A stretch of 64,000 bases of DNA from Tubulanus polymorphus (taxonomy: Eukaryota; Animalia; Nemertea): contig NC_134025.1 of the NCBI RefSeq assembly GCF_964204645.1, forward strand, positions 26,764,299 to 26,828,298, written 5' to 3'. A program made the translations under genes and the position numbers. This document shows, in pieces, positions 26,297-39,771 of this stretch. A model generated the notes under the pieces. That model was not told where the DNA came from. It did not search any database and was given only the letters and a program-made list of their open reading frames with translations. Within the stretch, counting starts at the first letter, position 1, and the number at the start of each line of letters is the position of its first letter.

Positions 26297-26638
26297 ATGG
26301 AGAGTAAACAATTACATAGTGACTTCTTAAATAGAATCAAAGACCACAAATGTCAAATCTGTAGATTATAAATTCAAAAAGTTTACAGAATTAACATTAC
26401 ATAAGAAATATTCAATTACAAATATTGAAACAATTACTAATAGATATGGTATTAGATTAGTTATTCACTTAGAATATGAAGGATTAAAAGGAAATAAATA
26501 TAAATTCAGAACATATTTACCAGAGATAGATTTCATAGATTATCTAGTGAAGATATTGAAGAGTTATGTTCTGGTGATTTCTATTTCATTTACAAAGGTA
26601 AGAATGAAAAAGGATGTCATGATATAGATTTCGAATAA
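26297..26638 (+). pseudogene. Frameshifted small Polinton/adintovirus-type protein (FKKxxEL...RYG...YLPxR motif)
   Basis: Reconstruction across two frameshifts: MESKQLHSDFLNRI/KTTNVKSVDYKFKKFTELTLHKKYSITNIETITNRYGIRLVIHLEYEGLKGNKYKFRTYLP/DRFHRLSSEDIEELCSGDFYFIYKGKNEKGCHDIDFE*. Family recalled from motif only. Confidence 0.5.
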
Positions 26639-26655
26639 AGAAATACGTAAAATAA

Positions 26656-27273
26656 ATGCAAGATAAATCAAAAGAATATAAAATATATGTTGATTCTAGA
26701 AAACTTACAAATTATAAATCTCATAATTTACTTGTACAATTAGATCTAAAACCAGGATAATATAATCTAGAAACCTTAGCGCAAGAAATGAATAAGAGAG
26801 CTCGCTTAAAAATGGGCGCATCTAGTAAGTTTGAAATTAAATTTATTAAAAGTGATAGTTCGAATAAAATAAGAATAAAAGTAGGTAATGAACAACATAG
26901 ATTTCTAGTAAGAAAACCTTTAGCTAAACTGTTTAGAATTCTTCCAGATAAAAATTATTCAAATATTGATACTTATACAAATATAATACCTTTTACACAC
27001 TTTTATATTCATTGCAATTTAATTGACCCAACAAAAACTTTCGAAGCAACTAAAGATACAACATGTAATTCTAGTTTATTGAATATTTTACCATTAAAAA
27101 ATGTTAAACAATTTGGAACACAAATAAATTATAATTTAGCTGAATGTGATTTTAAACCTTGTATTTCACGATTTAATAATTTTGAATTAGAAATAAGAAA
27201 TCATAATGGTTACTTAATTGATTTAGATAATTTTCCTGTAATTTATGAATTAGTTATAAGATGTAAAGAGTAA
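26656..27273 (+). pseudogene. Minor capsid (penton, single jelly-roll)-like gene with premature stop
   Basis: In frame: MQDKSKEYKIYVDSRK...LKPG*YNLETLAQEMN (TAA at 26758-26760), then ORF 26788-27273 with FYIHCNLID...LLNILP...FG..INY...FELEIRNHNGYLIDLDNFPVIYELVI. This C-terminal pattern is typical of Polinton/adintovirus pentons. Confidence 0.65.
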
Positions 27274-27921
27274 TTATTTTGCCTTTGATGATGAGTTCAT
27301 TGCTAACTATATCGATCTATTAAATGCCGATGCATGCTTTCTTAGTTGATATCCTTATTTACCAGCAAAATTGGATAACACATTTTTTTATGATTAGCAG
27401 TTTTAGTGACAGCTGATATCTTGGATGCCTCTTCATTGTGGTTTCTACGTTTGTCGCCGCGTTTTGGTATTTTCAGTTCTGTATAGAATTGCAAAATGGC
27501 GAATCAATCTTGCATAGTTTGTACAGGTGGAAAGGTATTATTCAGAAGTGAATATGTACAGTTGGTAAATATTTCCTAAATATTATGATATAGCATTATT
27601 TATTTCTTTGCTTTATGTTAAGATGTTATGACAAGATGACATGTGTTCCACATGGAAGTTAAGTTTCTTTTTAATTTAGTCTTTTTAGGAGTAGAAATAC
27701 TTTATTTGTGTAATCAATTCTGGTCTTCTGTTCTACGATGTAATGACCTAATTCAGTTTCATTTTGAAGAACGGTCTCTTTCTTTAGTGTATATAAGGCA
27801 TATCTAATGTATTTTTTCATCATATCTTGATATGAATAGTTAATACATATGGCGAATTTCTAAGTAGAAAGTGGTTAAGTATACAATTAACAATTAAGAT
27901 TACAATAAACATGTACAATAT

Positions 27922-28183
27922 AGCCACGATCACACGAGCATTTTTAGCCCGGAACAACTGTTCATACTGGTGCCAAATGGGAACGTGCCTGTTTGGCTCA
28001 ACCGAAAACGTGGGACCAAGCCCGAGGCAAATTTTAGCACGGGACAAATGATTGCGTTTGAATTGCAACTGGATCCATAAATGAATCACTTCGCTTTGTT
28101 TAGTATCGTATGGGCCAAATTTGACTCGTGCATGATCTGTGCCGATTTGGCCCGGGCCAAATTGTCTCGGTGTGATTGCGGCT
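27922..28183. mobile_element. MITE (PIF/Harbinger-like termini), copy 2
   Basis: agccacgatcacac...gtgtgattgcggct 14-bp TIR with 2 mismatches; duplicate of 23611-23872. Confidence 0.55.
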
Positions 28184-29131
28184 TACGATATTCAAAAACA
28201 TAACGATCTTTATTCAGACATCTCAATTGTTACTGGGATATTACCTGCATTCACTTTCTATAGAGCTAAGAAGTACGACTTTAATATTTTATGGTGTATG
28301 CTTGGTCAAACAATGATGGTAATAAACAATGATGTTAGTGGTATCTCGCTATCAGCATGCATGTTACATGTATGTATATAGGATACAGGGATCACCGGGT
28401 AATGCCTTAATTAATTAAGTAACTTTGAATATCTAGATACTGTAATGGATTGTAGTAGTGCAGCTACAAACATTGAACGGGCATTATTTCATTGACGACG
28501 GGAACTTTGTTCAATAATGTCCACGTGTTGGTATCCAAATGAAAGAAACTCCGGTATTTGTATAATTCCAACGTTATTCCTTTACATATTGTATTGGAAA
28601 CAATGATATCGAATAGCTGTTCTTTTATATGAACTTTTGTGCTAAATCTTTGATATGAACTTATAATGTTTGATTTGAATCTTTAAGCCCACGTGCGGCT
28701 TTATAGTTTGTTAATTAGCTGTATGGACAAATTTATGGCAACGAATCCCATGCAAATTCAAAGATGCTTTTTGAGATTTTATTGTCATATGAAAATTAAT
28801 TCGGCATGGAGTCCTATGAAAACAATCTTCTGCTACTCCGTATTCGTGAAATTACTGAATGTTTAATCAATGCTTGGATGGTGTAAATTTGTATTTTTAC
28901 CCTTTGAATGTAAATAAATATTCTGAAAACATTTTCAAAGAAAAACCTCGTTCCAGGTTTCGTTTCGTTCGTTGGAATATCGAATATCAGTATATATGTT
29001 AAGTATGAGCGAAAGATATTGTTTAAAAGCTTTATCTCGATACCTGACATATTTAAAGGCAATTTGTTGGATAAAGCATCCTAAAAGGTTTTGCGCACTT
29101 AGCTCGAGAAGTTTCAACTTAATCGACACTA

Positions 29132-30100
29132 ATGGAAACTGCGCGGAATCTGACACCCTATTGGATAGGAATCATAGAAAACCGATTCATACAATTTGCG
29201 TCCATTACAGACTCACAATTCTGGCTCCATTTGGTCATTCTACCGACTGTTGTATTTGTGGGTTTCGTCTGTAACGGATTTACGATCGTCCTGATGCAAG
29301 TTCCTAACTTACGTCGCCATACCTTTTCTGTATATCTAACAGCCATTGGAGTTACTGATACACTTTTTCTCAGCGCCCATTTGATGTTTTGGGTGAATTT
29401 TGTAAGTATCAGTTTACACGGACAAGGATCGCTGGTAATACGTATCAAATCGAAATACGCCTGCTTACCAACATCGCTTATTCCATCTGTAGCTCAAACT
29501 ATGTCCGCTTGGTTCATGGTTGTCATATCATTCGAGAGATTCGTCTGCGTGGCTTTTCCGTTTATGATACACAAAGTGAGCAATTTGAAAATGGCACGTT
29601 TAACCGTAATATGCATTACAATGGCTTTTCTTAGCCTATGGGGATCTATTCAGTACATAATTACCTACTACGACGATGTGCAGGAAATTGGCTGCATTCA
29701 GATATTTCAAACATTAGATCACAAGATCATTCGACTGGTCTACGTTGCTATGAACGTTTACGTACCCATCTCGATTATCATCGTTTTCAATACTATGATT
29801 GTCGTATTTCTGAAAAGGAACAGTTTGTCTACGAATGCCGACAAAACTAGATTTCAGAGTCGCCGAATAACAATGATGATGTTGACACTCACCTGTTCGT
29901 TTTTGGCTCTCTCGATGCCTCACTGGATGATCCAAGTCGTGAAAGGTTACCTCGCTTCTGTCAGTCAGCTGTTCAAGATAATCGACGATGTTTTTACATT
30001 GTTGTTTATTTGTAATTACGCTATCAATTTCTTTTTATATGTGGCGACTGGAAAACTAATTTGCAAAGAAATCAAACGTTTTTTTTCAATCCAAAATTAA
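29132..30100 (+). CDS. Intronless class A GPCR, copy 2 (322 aa)
   Basis: Near-identical paralogue of 24945-26003. Lacks the LYGRD insertion and ends 25 aa earlier (TAA where copy 1 has CAA). Confidence 0.88.
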   Translation: METARNLTPYWIGIIENRFIQFASITDSQFWLHLVILPTVVFVGFVCNGFTIVLMQVPNLRRHTFSVYLTAIGVTDTLFLSAHLMFWVNFVSISLHGQGSLVIRIKSKYACLPTSLIPSVAQTMSAWFMVVISFERFVCVAFPFMIHKVSNLKMARLTVICITMAFLSLWGSIQYIITYYDDVQEIGCIQIFQTLDHKIIRLVYVAMNVYVPISIIIVFNTMIVVFLKRNSLSTNADKTRFQSRRITMMMLTLTCSFLALSMPHWMIQVVKGYLASVSQLFKIIDDVFTLLFICNYAINFFLYVATGKLICKEIKRFFSIQN

Positions 30101-30491
30101 TTCGCAACAAATCTTTTATATAGCCTACGATGTGTTGTATTTGTAAAAAATGAGACAGAAATGTTATCAATTTAACCAGTTGTCCCTGAACGAATGAACT
30201 TAGATAATGTTACACGTGTAAACTTTTGTTTCAATGATCAAAAACTCCATGTGGAAATGATCCGAAAGAATTCCTTCATTTCAAAATGCTAATAAGCGGA
30301 TGAAATGTCCGAGTTATAAATTGCTTTTGTCATTCCTTCACAACGGCTTGTGTAAAACGTAGGAATTTGTGCACATATCACATCCACTGCCTCCCGGTGT
30401 ATTAAGTCCCACAATATCAAACACCATATATTTACGAAAAAACGTGAAAGTAATTTATTGATCGTTTGGAACGTTCAGGCATTTTATTCAA

Positions 30492-33400
30492 TTATATATA
30501 AGCCGTTTCAGTTCCTTTTCGTAGGCGTCGTTGTCGGCGTAACTTAATGTCTCTACGTACTATCAAGCTACGGTAGAAAAATGCATCAAGAATTTCAAAG
30601 GCAGTGATGACGCTGGCTCCTATAAATAAACCCATAGATCCACCTATATCACCTGAAATGATGGAAAAAAATATTTGGAATCAAGCTACGCAAATATAAA
30701 AATATTACTTTTAATCTACGTAAATATAGAAATATTGATTTTCAGGTTTTTTCAATTTCAAAAAGAGGAAAAATTACATACTCCACAAGTTAGTCGATGT
30801 ATAACCGACTTGTTGCTTGATCTCTTCATAACTCAATTCTCTCATGAATATGTCTATGCTCATGAAATTGTCCCTGTAAAATAGGTTTTCCTTCAATCAA
30901 AGGAACTTACGGCGGAAGACCGGGAAAAAATATGGAAAGCCCATGATGAATTGCATTGTGGAATTTTTTTACGATAGAGATATGCATTGGTCTCTATGGA
31001 TTTCTCCATGCGATGTGGCGTGTCATTTCACTATGATATAATAGTCATGAATTACTAATTGCATCTATTTCACATTAATCTGGACAATTACCCATCTGTT
31101 TTTTACCCAAATCAAGACTCGATGAATAGTATTAGACTCACGTGGTCGAGTGTGCAAACCAAACCACAAATGCATATACCATGATTCAGGAAAAAACAAT
31201 ACATACCTAATGAATTCGGTATTCAGTTCATTTTTCTCTAGAAACGACCCAAAGTACGCTATGTAGATTTGGAACTGATTCTTCAATGTTTCGTCACACG
31301 TGCCGACAATGTGCGACAGTCGTTTAGATCTCAACAACTGTGCGATTTCATCACGCGATAGACCTCTTAAATTCCCTACATCAGTATTAGCCTGTATATA
31401 CTCTTTCTCAAATTTACGAATATCGCGGCACGAGGATTGACGTAGCAATTTTTTCAAAACTAGTTCCAAATCGTTACATTTCTTCGATGAATTTCTAGGA
31501 TTATATAGCTTTAGATCTTCTTTCAACTTTTCGTATAGGGGTTTCGCACATTTTTCGTTTATGCGCATGTTCAAATCTTCGAGCGTCTTTTCCAGTGAGT
31601 TCAGCTCGTCGTGTATGTCTTGATCACGAGATCTCACTAAACTGAACAAATTCTTCACAACCATTATTGTGAACATGACATTTTCACTCGTCACTTGGTC
31701 GGCTAGCTGTGCTTTGCTAATGTTTGTGTTATTAGCGAGATAATATTCGGCATTTTTGCGAAGTGTTACCATGTGTTTCCATTGCTGTACGAACTTCATT
31801 GAAGCATTTTCTATTTCGGACACATATTGCATTATTCGCGCAAATGCCTTATTATAAAGCTGTCTATCTTTGTCGAACGCAGCTCTAGAATTGGTCACTA
31901 TGTTTAATGGTTTCTCTATAATTCGATCGGAAATCATAAACACATTGTAATTGAACTGTCTGCTTCCTTTTGCGATAAGTTCTTCATTTTTCTTCCATTC
32001 GGTTTCATTCAAAACCTCGCCTTTACCGGTCATATTCAACACCATGCTTTTGGTCATTTCCAATCCTCGCACTAACGCAGGTATAGCGCGGCGATTGAAA
32101 CGATTATATATATCAGGACCCCGGTGTTTTGACACATCGAAAAAACAGGGCGGCGAAAATAACGTGTCATACTCATAAACAGAGGTATAGTTATAAACGC
32201 TTAATTTGATACCATCACGATATGCTGTGTAGGACTCGTTTATTGCCCCTTTCACAATTTCAAGAAGTGCTAACTTCGTTTCGACAGTTGCGATTATTTG
32301 TTGAGAAAGAAACCTCTTGATTGCAGTATCGTTTGAATTCGATAACATATACATCGAAATGTTGAGATTGATCAAAAACGGGATATAATCCAAACTAACG
32401 TGCTGAATGTAACGTTCGTTTAATACGTTAAAACCACGAACGAAATTGTGCTTGATTATATATTCCTCGAAAGCTAAAACATCCGAATGTAATTTTACGT
32501 GGGGGATATATTTTTCTTCAAGTCTGTCCAAAACGCGCCTTATTCCGCTGACACGATGGCCAACTTGGTGTAGCACTCGCTCTAGTTGATCGATGTCATT
32601 GATCATTTGGGAAATCAGTTTTCGATCACGCGAAACAATTTCCTCGTCAACGCGACGACGTTTTTCTCGGGCCTGGTGATACTTTTTAGTAAGTTTGGCT
32701 GTATAAGTACTGTCGCCGGTAAGAAGTTTGTCCTTATCCAGTTCGGATAAGACACCGGCAGTTATAAGGGGATCGTAGATTGTTTGCCGACACGGCACCG
32801 GGCATTCGCAACGTAAATCATTTGTTCCGAGGCTTTCTGTAAATAAAAAAACAGAATCAAGTGTAAAATCAAGAGAACTATACTCTGTAGTCAGGATTAC
32901 TAACAATTTTACTAATTTTACTAATTAAACTTAATTTTGATAATTTTTTAAGATTACTAATAATCTTAGAAATGAAAATATGAATCGTAATTCCAATTTT
33001 GCCATACGTTGAGAGCAGAACTTATTTACCGAGCAATGGTCTGACACATGTAATAAACTGATGTAATGTACACGAAGGCAGAGTATCGTCTGCAAACAAT
33101 AGAGAAGACTTTTCATCATAGGATATTTCAAAGGCTATTAATTTCAGCAGTTTCTGCATGTTTATAAACTCACGATCATCTGCTCGAAGATAAAAATCTC
33201 GACATTTGCATGTTTTTCTGACTTCTTTTTGTTTACATTCGGCGTGACATGCAGACACTGAGTAATGTTCGAAGTAATCGAGTTTCACACTATCGTCACA
33301 TTTCCCGTGCGGTTCTGGTAGATTATGTACCTTTCGTTGAAAAAATTATACGATACAATTTATTTTCAGTTAATAAAAATGAGAAAACCATTCTTTAAGT

Positions 33401-35684
33401 CGATCAGACGCGAAAATAATGAACACGTCATCTCTCGATCACAAAGAATTGTTGAAAAATTCATGTCCATAAATCACTATGAAATTTGAGTTACATAATA
33501 CCCGTATATCGTTATATGCTGAGTTGACAGAAGACATTGATTTTATCTTAAGAAAACTGGAAATAGCACATAGTTCAATTACTCTCAAGGGGCTGATCGA
33601 TTTAGACTTCTAGAATAATGAAGTAGCGTTTCTTATGACACTTCTCCTCCAATAACTGTTAAGAAGGGCTACCTCAAGAATTGTTATTCCTACGAGTGTA
33701 TGCGATCCAGGGGCGATTGCTTGGCCTAAGTATTTTACTAGAGGGAACTCCCCCGGGGAATGCAGCAGGATCTTTAAACCAGCCCCATCTGTTGGTCCTC
33801 TCGTGTACTCATATTGCTCAATATTTATGGTTAAACGCAGCCCTCCACTTGAGCCTATACACCAAAAAAGAAAAAAGGTATAACCACCAAATAACATATA
33901 ATGAACAAAATAACACAGACGTGAATGCACTTTTCTGCAAATTGTTGATATTACAACTTATCGTCATTAGCGTCACATTACGTACGTTACATTTATCGTA
34001 ATAGACATCACCCATTTACTAATACGTGTGACACGTTTTCCCATAACGTATGAAATATTGCGTATATCAATTTTAGTTTGTTGATGATAAATTTCACATT
34101 TTCAGTTACCTTGTTGGTTTACCCATTTGTGGATATCGTTTTCGTGGTTGAAAGTAAAACAAACTCCGTAGTCGGTTATGACACGAGTGAAATCGCCAGA
34201 ACGACACTCTATGCCCGCCCATCGACATCTGAAATCAATTCATTTTATAGAATGTTTATCGTACCAACAAAAAACGATGTTCGTGTTATTGGAATTTGAT
34301 AATTACTTCACGATCAAGTCCTCTTTCTCATGCGTTGAATTCAATAACATTTCTCTCAACGATAAATCCAATTCATCGACTGAATGGCGATTTCCATCAC
34401 CATTTTTATGGTTAGGAGCTAGATCCTCGTGACGCACGAATGTATCAACTAGTTTTTTATACCATCCTAAATCAGCAGCTTTCGATATTCTGTAAACCCA
34501 ATCAAATCAGACATAAAGATGATTGTATTCTAAACTTTAAAAAAAAATGTGTTCAAAAGAAAGAGATTTGGATTTTAAGAAACAACAGTAGGATTCACCA
34601 GAATGAGTACCGTACCATGAAAGCCAATTCGAGTATGCCGTTGTCATTCTATCGGCAAAAGTAATCAGTTGGTCTATTTACAGAAATGTGGACGTTACAT
34701 TAGTATAACTGGTCTGATTGACTTCGTTTTTTCGCCGAGACGAAATTGAAAAAAAGGTCACGCCACTTTCGAATAAAACCAAGCTGCAAATACTGTCTTC
34801 TTCGGCATCAGCCGCTAATCCGCAACGACGATCTCAAATTACCCCCATTCCTTGCATTCAGCACGAACGCTGATATTTATTGCGAAAAACCGTCTTCAGG
34901 CGTACTTTGACAACGTCATGTCGAAGTAGCCTAATGATACATGCGGCCAACGTAATAAAATCTAAGACCTTATCGATTGCAATTGAGATTAAACAAAACG
35001 CCCATTATATTCTACTTAGTAACGCGTTTGGAGAGAGCCCGTTATAACAATTTACATACATATCAACTGATAAATCATTTTGTTAATAGAAAATAGCACT
35101 TCAGATCCTCTATCCTAAATTTTCGGCTAACCTAACTTACCGAAAGTCATTATGGTTACAGATCGTTACGGCGGGAAATCGTAGAGTGTCGTTGTAGTTG
35201 ACTTTAACATTAACAGACACTGGACGATCGAAGAAATGCAGTACACTGTTCGTTACCTGATAACAAAACAGTGAAAATCCACAGATCACGATGCATATCC
35301 ATAGACATCTAAAAATGTATAGGTAATATATTTATTTAGAAATTCTGGTAGAAAGCAATGATTTAGAATAATGAACAAGCGAAAGTGTAAATTCTCCTGA
35401 GATGAATACAAATCTAAAACAATTAATTAGGCCTACCTGCGAGCCACATAAGGTGTATTTTCGACGATGTGATTTAATCCATGAATCGTACTGTTTTGCA
35501 TGAAATCACTAACGACTTTAGTCCAAATTCCGGATGACTTTTCATTCGCATCGTTATTAACCATATTCGAATTTTTGTCACCTAATCCGTCGCTTGGTCT
35601 TTTTGGCTGCATTTCGACGGATTCGTCCGCGCCTTCCTCCGAAATCATTGTCATTACATTCGTGCGAACATGTTCAATGCTCAT
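30492..35684 (-). CDS. DEG/ENaC/ASIC-family amiloride-sensitive channel subunit with large extracellular insertion
   Basis: Exons give STIHG (HG motif), TM1 CLWICIVICG, FPAVTICNHN, TDYGVCFTFN, GLRLTINIEQYEY, the Cys-rich thumb (CHAEC..CKC..C..C..CECPVPC), DNFMSIDIFMRELSYEEI and TM2 DIGGSMGLFIGASVITAFEILD (GAS filter). Confidence 0.93.
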
Positions 35685-36879
35685 TCACTGATTCTCCTCT
35701 TAAGCATCTGTGATTGCAGTGTCCGTGCTGAAATAGAATCAGTCGCTATGTAAATTTCAATTATTTCCGCGCGGAATCTGTGAGAGGTTTCTCATTTTAA
35801 TTGATATTTCAAGTTAATTTATAACCTGGCACATCTGATTCAAAACGCAAATATTTCAATTCTTTCAACGCCTGTTATTGTAATATATTTTATGCTTACA
35901 TTACACCATTCTTGCTTCAATGTGTACAATGCTGATATTCGCTGCCGAAAATAAAAATCCGTTCAGGTGTAATAACTGCAACATGTAAAAGTAATGAAAC
36001 TAATTCACTTACGCGCGTATTTGAAATTCTCATTCGTAAATGCATCAATTTCCGTATTGAGTAAAACGAATCTATTCAAGACACCTGGTGCTTAAATATA
36101 TTCTTTTTCTTTTTTTCTTTTTGATTCTTGACAGAATCCAAAAGCTGGGGTCCTGCATTTATCGTGAGTATCAACCATACCTTGGCTCCAACCCCGCATG
36201 GGGAATTCGTGCCATTAATCATTCTATTGGAATTAACGAATTAGTGATTTCCACATCCAAGCATCAAGTATAGACTTACTGACTAGGCTGGTCACAATTG
36301 CAGTAATTGGGAGACAACAAGCCAATTAAAAAAAACATAGCTCTAAAAGAGTTATCACGAATAAAATAATATGTTATGATGGTTGTTTTTCAACTCGGCA
36401 CAGTCGTGGTTGTTGCCATACAGATTTTTTACAGCTTACATAATCGTCAACCATTATACAAATATTCAAACTAAAAACACAGTCATCAACTGGGTCGGTG
36501 GCAATTTTCTGATGGATTGGGGCTACACGTATGATGTGTTTCGTAAAATATAAACGCAACCCATAAATCTAAGTAGGTCTAACGATGAAATTATCTAGCT
36601 CTGTTATTTCGAATATAGATTTATTTTAGGGATGTTATGATGTACAATCAATGGAACTTTTTTTCTCATTAACGGATCAAATATGAAACCGGCCGATCGG
36701 CGCCATTGACGAAACCATTTGCTGCTGGCTAGCCGTTCGTGTGTAAATCTATTATTTTCGAAAATCTATTCACACATTCGTTAGCTCTGTCTGATGCAAA
36801 GTAAGCAAATAGATGTTTATGGCGAGACCGAATCATCAACTATTGCCAGTAGAAAAAAAACTGGATGAACAAAGTAACG

Positions 36880-37630
36880 AGTTGTTGAATGAAATACTGA
36901 CATTGGCCTACATAAAATCCCACAATCAGAAAAGTTAAATATCGAAATTTATTATAAAATCGCGCGTAGAGACGAAGACTGTGTACACGAATATGGTACA
37001 TAACGGACTGATTTATTTTTCAAAATGCAGGTTTATATACAGTACTGTAATCCCTCATCTGTATAACTTACACAGTTTACTGAACACACAAATATTAATC
37101 ACGTATGATTAAGAGATCACGAATAACATTACAACATAAACCATATATAATCGTATCAAGGTGACATTGATCAAAGAGAAAATAAACCGCGACAAGAATT
37201 AATTGTGGGGAGAGAAGCAAGGTTACCATTGTATGGAGGCTGATTCGTTCGGTGGACCCGTATAACTAAAATTCCTGGCATGCAAATAAGGGTGCCAGAA
37301 GGCCTTTAAGTCAAAAGAAAACAGCGAAAAACGTCGAATTTCTCTAAAAAACCATTTTGGCGCTCCCAACAAAATGATCTTTTGAACTTTCGTTTCGATC
37401 AATATGGCGTCGGGTGAGGTCTCGGGTAACACTGTTGGACGGAAAAACTACAATTAGAGTTATATCAAATTTCGATATCATAAGTTTTCGGCTTTCTGAT
37501 TGTGAGACTTGGATTTATTATTCAGCTCGACCTCGTCATACCGACTGACATACATATCATAGAAAGCTAAATCCCACAATTAAAGTGTAAAATATGAAAT
37601 CAAAAGTATATCGTGGGATTTCGCTTTCCA
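36880..37630. repeat. Degenerate inverted-repeat (fold-back/transposon relic) region
   Basis: cacaatcagaaaag..atatcgaaattt (~36921-36950) is inverted relative to aaatttcgatat..ctttctgattgtg (~37467-37504). Separate 17/19 inverted repeat gaaagctaaatcccacaat/atcgtgggatttcgctttc at 37562-37628. Confidence 0.4.
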
Positions 37631-39771
37631 AGACACTACATGATAGGGTGGTTCGGCGAATTGGCATAAGTCTTTCATGTACTAATCAGCATCACATCTT
37701 TCCTCTGAGCAAACTGCACGCAGATAACGACTCACATAACAATAAGGACTTTCAAGAATAGACTTGATTTATTGAAGACTTTAATATTGATATATACACA
37801 TATACATCACAATAAGTATATAATATATAAATATATACATGTTTTCAACGTAACATGATAATAATTAACATAACATTATATACAAAATAGGTATTGATAT
37901 GTTGACCGTTGTAGCTCCCTGGTATGATGACTGTCAATGCTAATCACTGCAGTCAAGGGTAACTAATCTGCCAGCACTGACGAAGTATTAACTAAACTGC
38001 CATATGATGTCGAGACAATGATGTAAAATGCAACATCTGGAAATTAGTAATTAGATATTTACATCGAAGCTGACATTTTTAAACATTTTATGCTTTTGAG
38101 TATATTAATACATGTATTAATATAAAATTGGGTTATTTAGTCATGAACACTACATTTTAAAGTCCATGGTTCCGTATTTTTTGTCATTTGATTCGAAAGA
38201 TTATGCGCCTTTTCGACTTTTGCCAGTTATTGCTGGTGCTATTGCTATTGTATTTATATATTTATGTATGGTGACACACGTACTACTACAGCGCAGTGAA
38301 TCAATCAATAAATCAACAAAATTTGAGATTCCGCAACAAACAATTTGATGCATCATAAAAGCCCTTACTAATTTTCAAGTACTAGTTGAACCAGAAATGA
38401 CAGCACAGACAATCTATAATAAAATAGAGCACGAGAGCATGACTTCAAAATGGCGAAGTTTAATGAGAAAGATTTCTGGATTTTAGATTGCCAGCAACAT
38501 TACCTACCCTTCTAATTACCATTTAAGTGGCTACCATAAAGTGTTTGATATGTATAGAAAATAGAAATAAATAAATAACCGGTATCATTTATATATTAAG
38601 TGTTTTCATATATTCATTACAATGATAAAAGGAGGTAAATCTCATAATAAAGATATGTATGTATGAAATATATGAATATATATCGTCACATCATCAATTT
38701 CAACTATAATTCTCAATATAATCAACAAATTATCGAAGATTTATTTACACATACCGGTACATCTAGCTAGGAGAAACGTTACCCGAAGACCAATAAATCT
38801 ATGGTAGACTTGATCTATGGAATATCGATGATAAGTACATAAGTATTTTCAGTATTTGGTGGAAAAAGAAACTACATTAATCTTCATAATGAATTGAACA
38901 TAGAAATTAACATAATCCGACTACATTAAAAATAGAACCGCACCGCCGTTAATAAGATGAATTTTAACTTTTTCTATCCAATGAATTCTTTCACCTTATC
39001 TTCATGTTTTTTCATTTTTTGTCAAGTTTGTGTCAAAATTTCTCATTTACAATGCGTTAACACCATGTTAAACTCAACAACACCTTTTTTTTAAGGTAGA
39101 ATAGATTTAGATCGCATGCTGGAGAAAACATGACATTAGCTATAACAGCGTAGTGATTATCTACAGAGATGTTTCTATATAAAAGTAAAAACATTTATTG
39201 CAGAGTAAAAACAATCGATTGCACTGTGTCAATATAAAGCTGCCGCCAATTAAGAGTGAATCTCTAGTCTAAGTTTCTATCAATAAAGATTTTTCCAGAA
39301 ATATATCATTAAATATAGACATAGTATAACATATGATACGATAGAATGGTTTAACTAATCATGTATCCAAGGTACATAGATTACAGAATCCATCGACAAA
39401 GTGCATTGCGCATTTAGGGGGGGGGGGGCATAATTTTGTCAGTTGGAATTCTTAGACATTAAGTACACAAACCTTTCATTATTTGTCACTTTTTATTTGC
39501 GAATATTGTTGTGTCAACGAAATAATTTTTTTTCAGATAATGAAGCTATAAACTTTTTTGCCATATCCCTAGTGATACAATAAATCTATAGCTTACTGCA
39601 GTTGCTGGAAATTCATGTTCACATATAATTTCATTTGGTGTAATTTACGGATCAAAAATGAAAACCTGTGCTGACTGTACTTACAGAACTATATCGACTA
39701 CATTTTTGTGGTTTTACAATGTAGAATTTTGACTGAATAACATTAAATCACTGAACATGAATAATCTATTA

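Larger units (their letters stand above)
26005..27277 (+). mobile_element. Polinton/Maverick/adintovirus-like endogenous fragment
   Basis: Very AT-rich, intronless and absent from the other duplicate. Hairpin at the left end (26008-26112), short direct repeats (26126-26255), then two head-to-tail degraded ORFs with Polinton-type motifs. Confidence 0.65.
27278..30176 (+). repeat. Segmental tandem duplication, copy 2
   Basis: Colinear with 22957-26004, with scattered SNPs and small indels. Confidence 0.95.
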
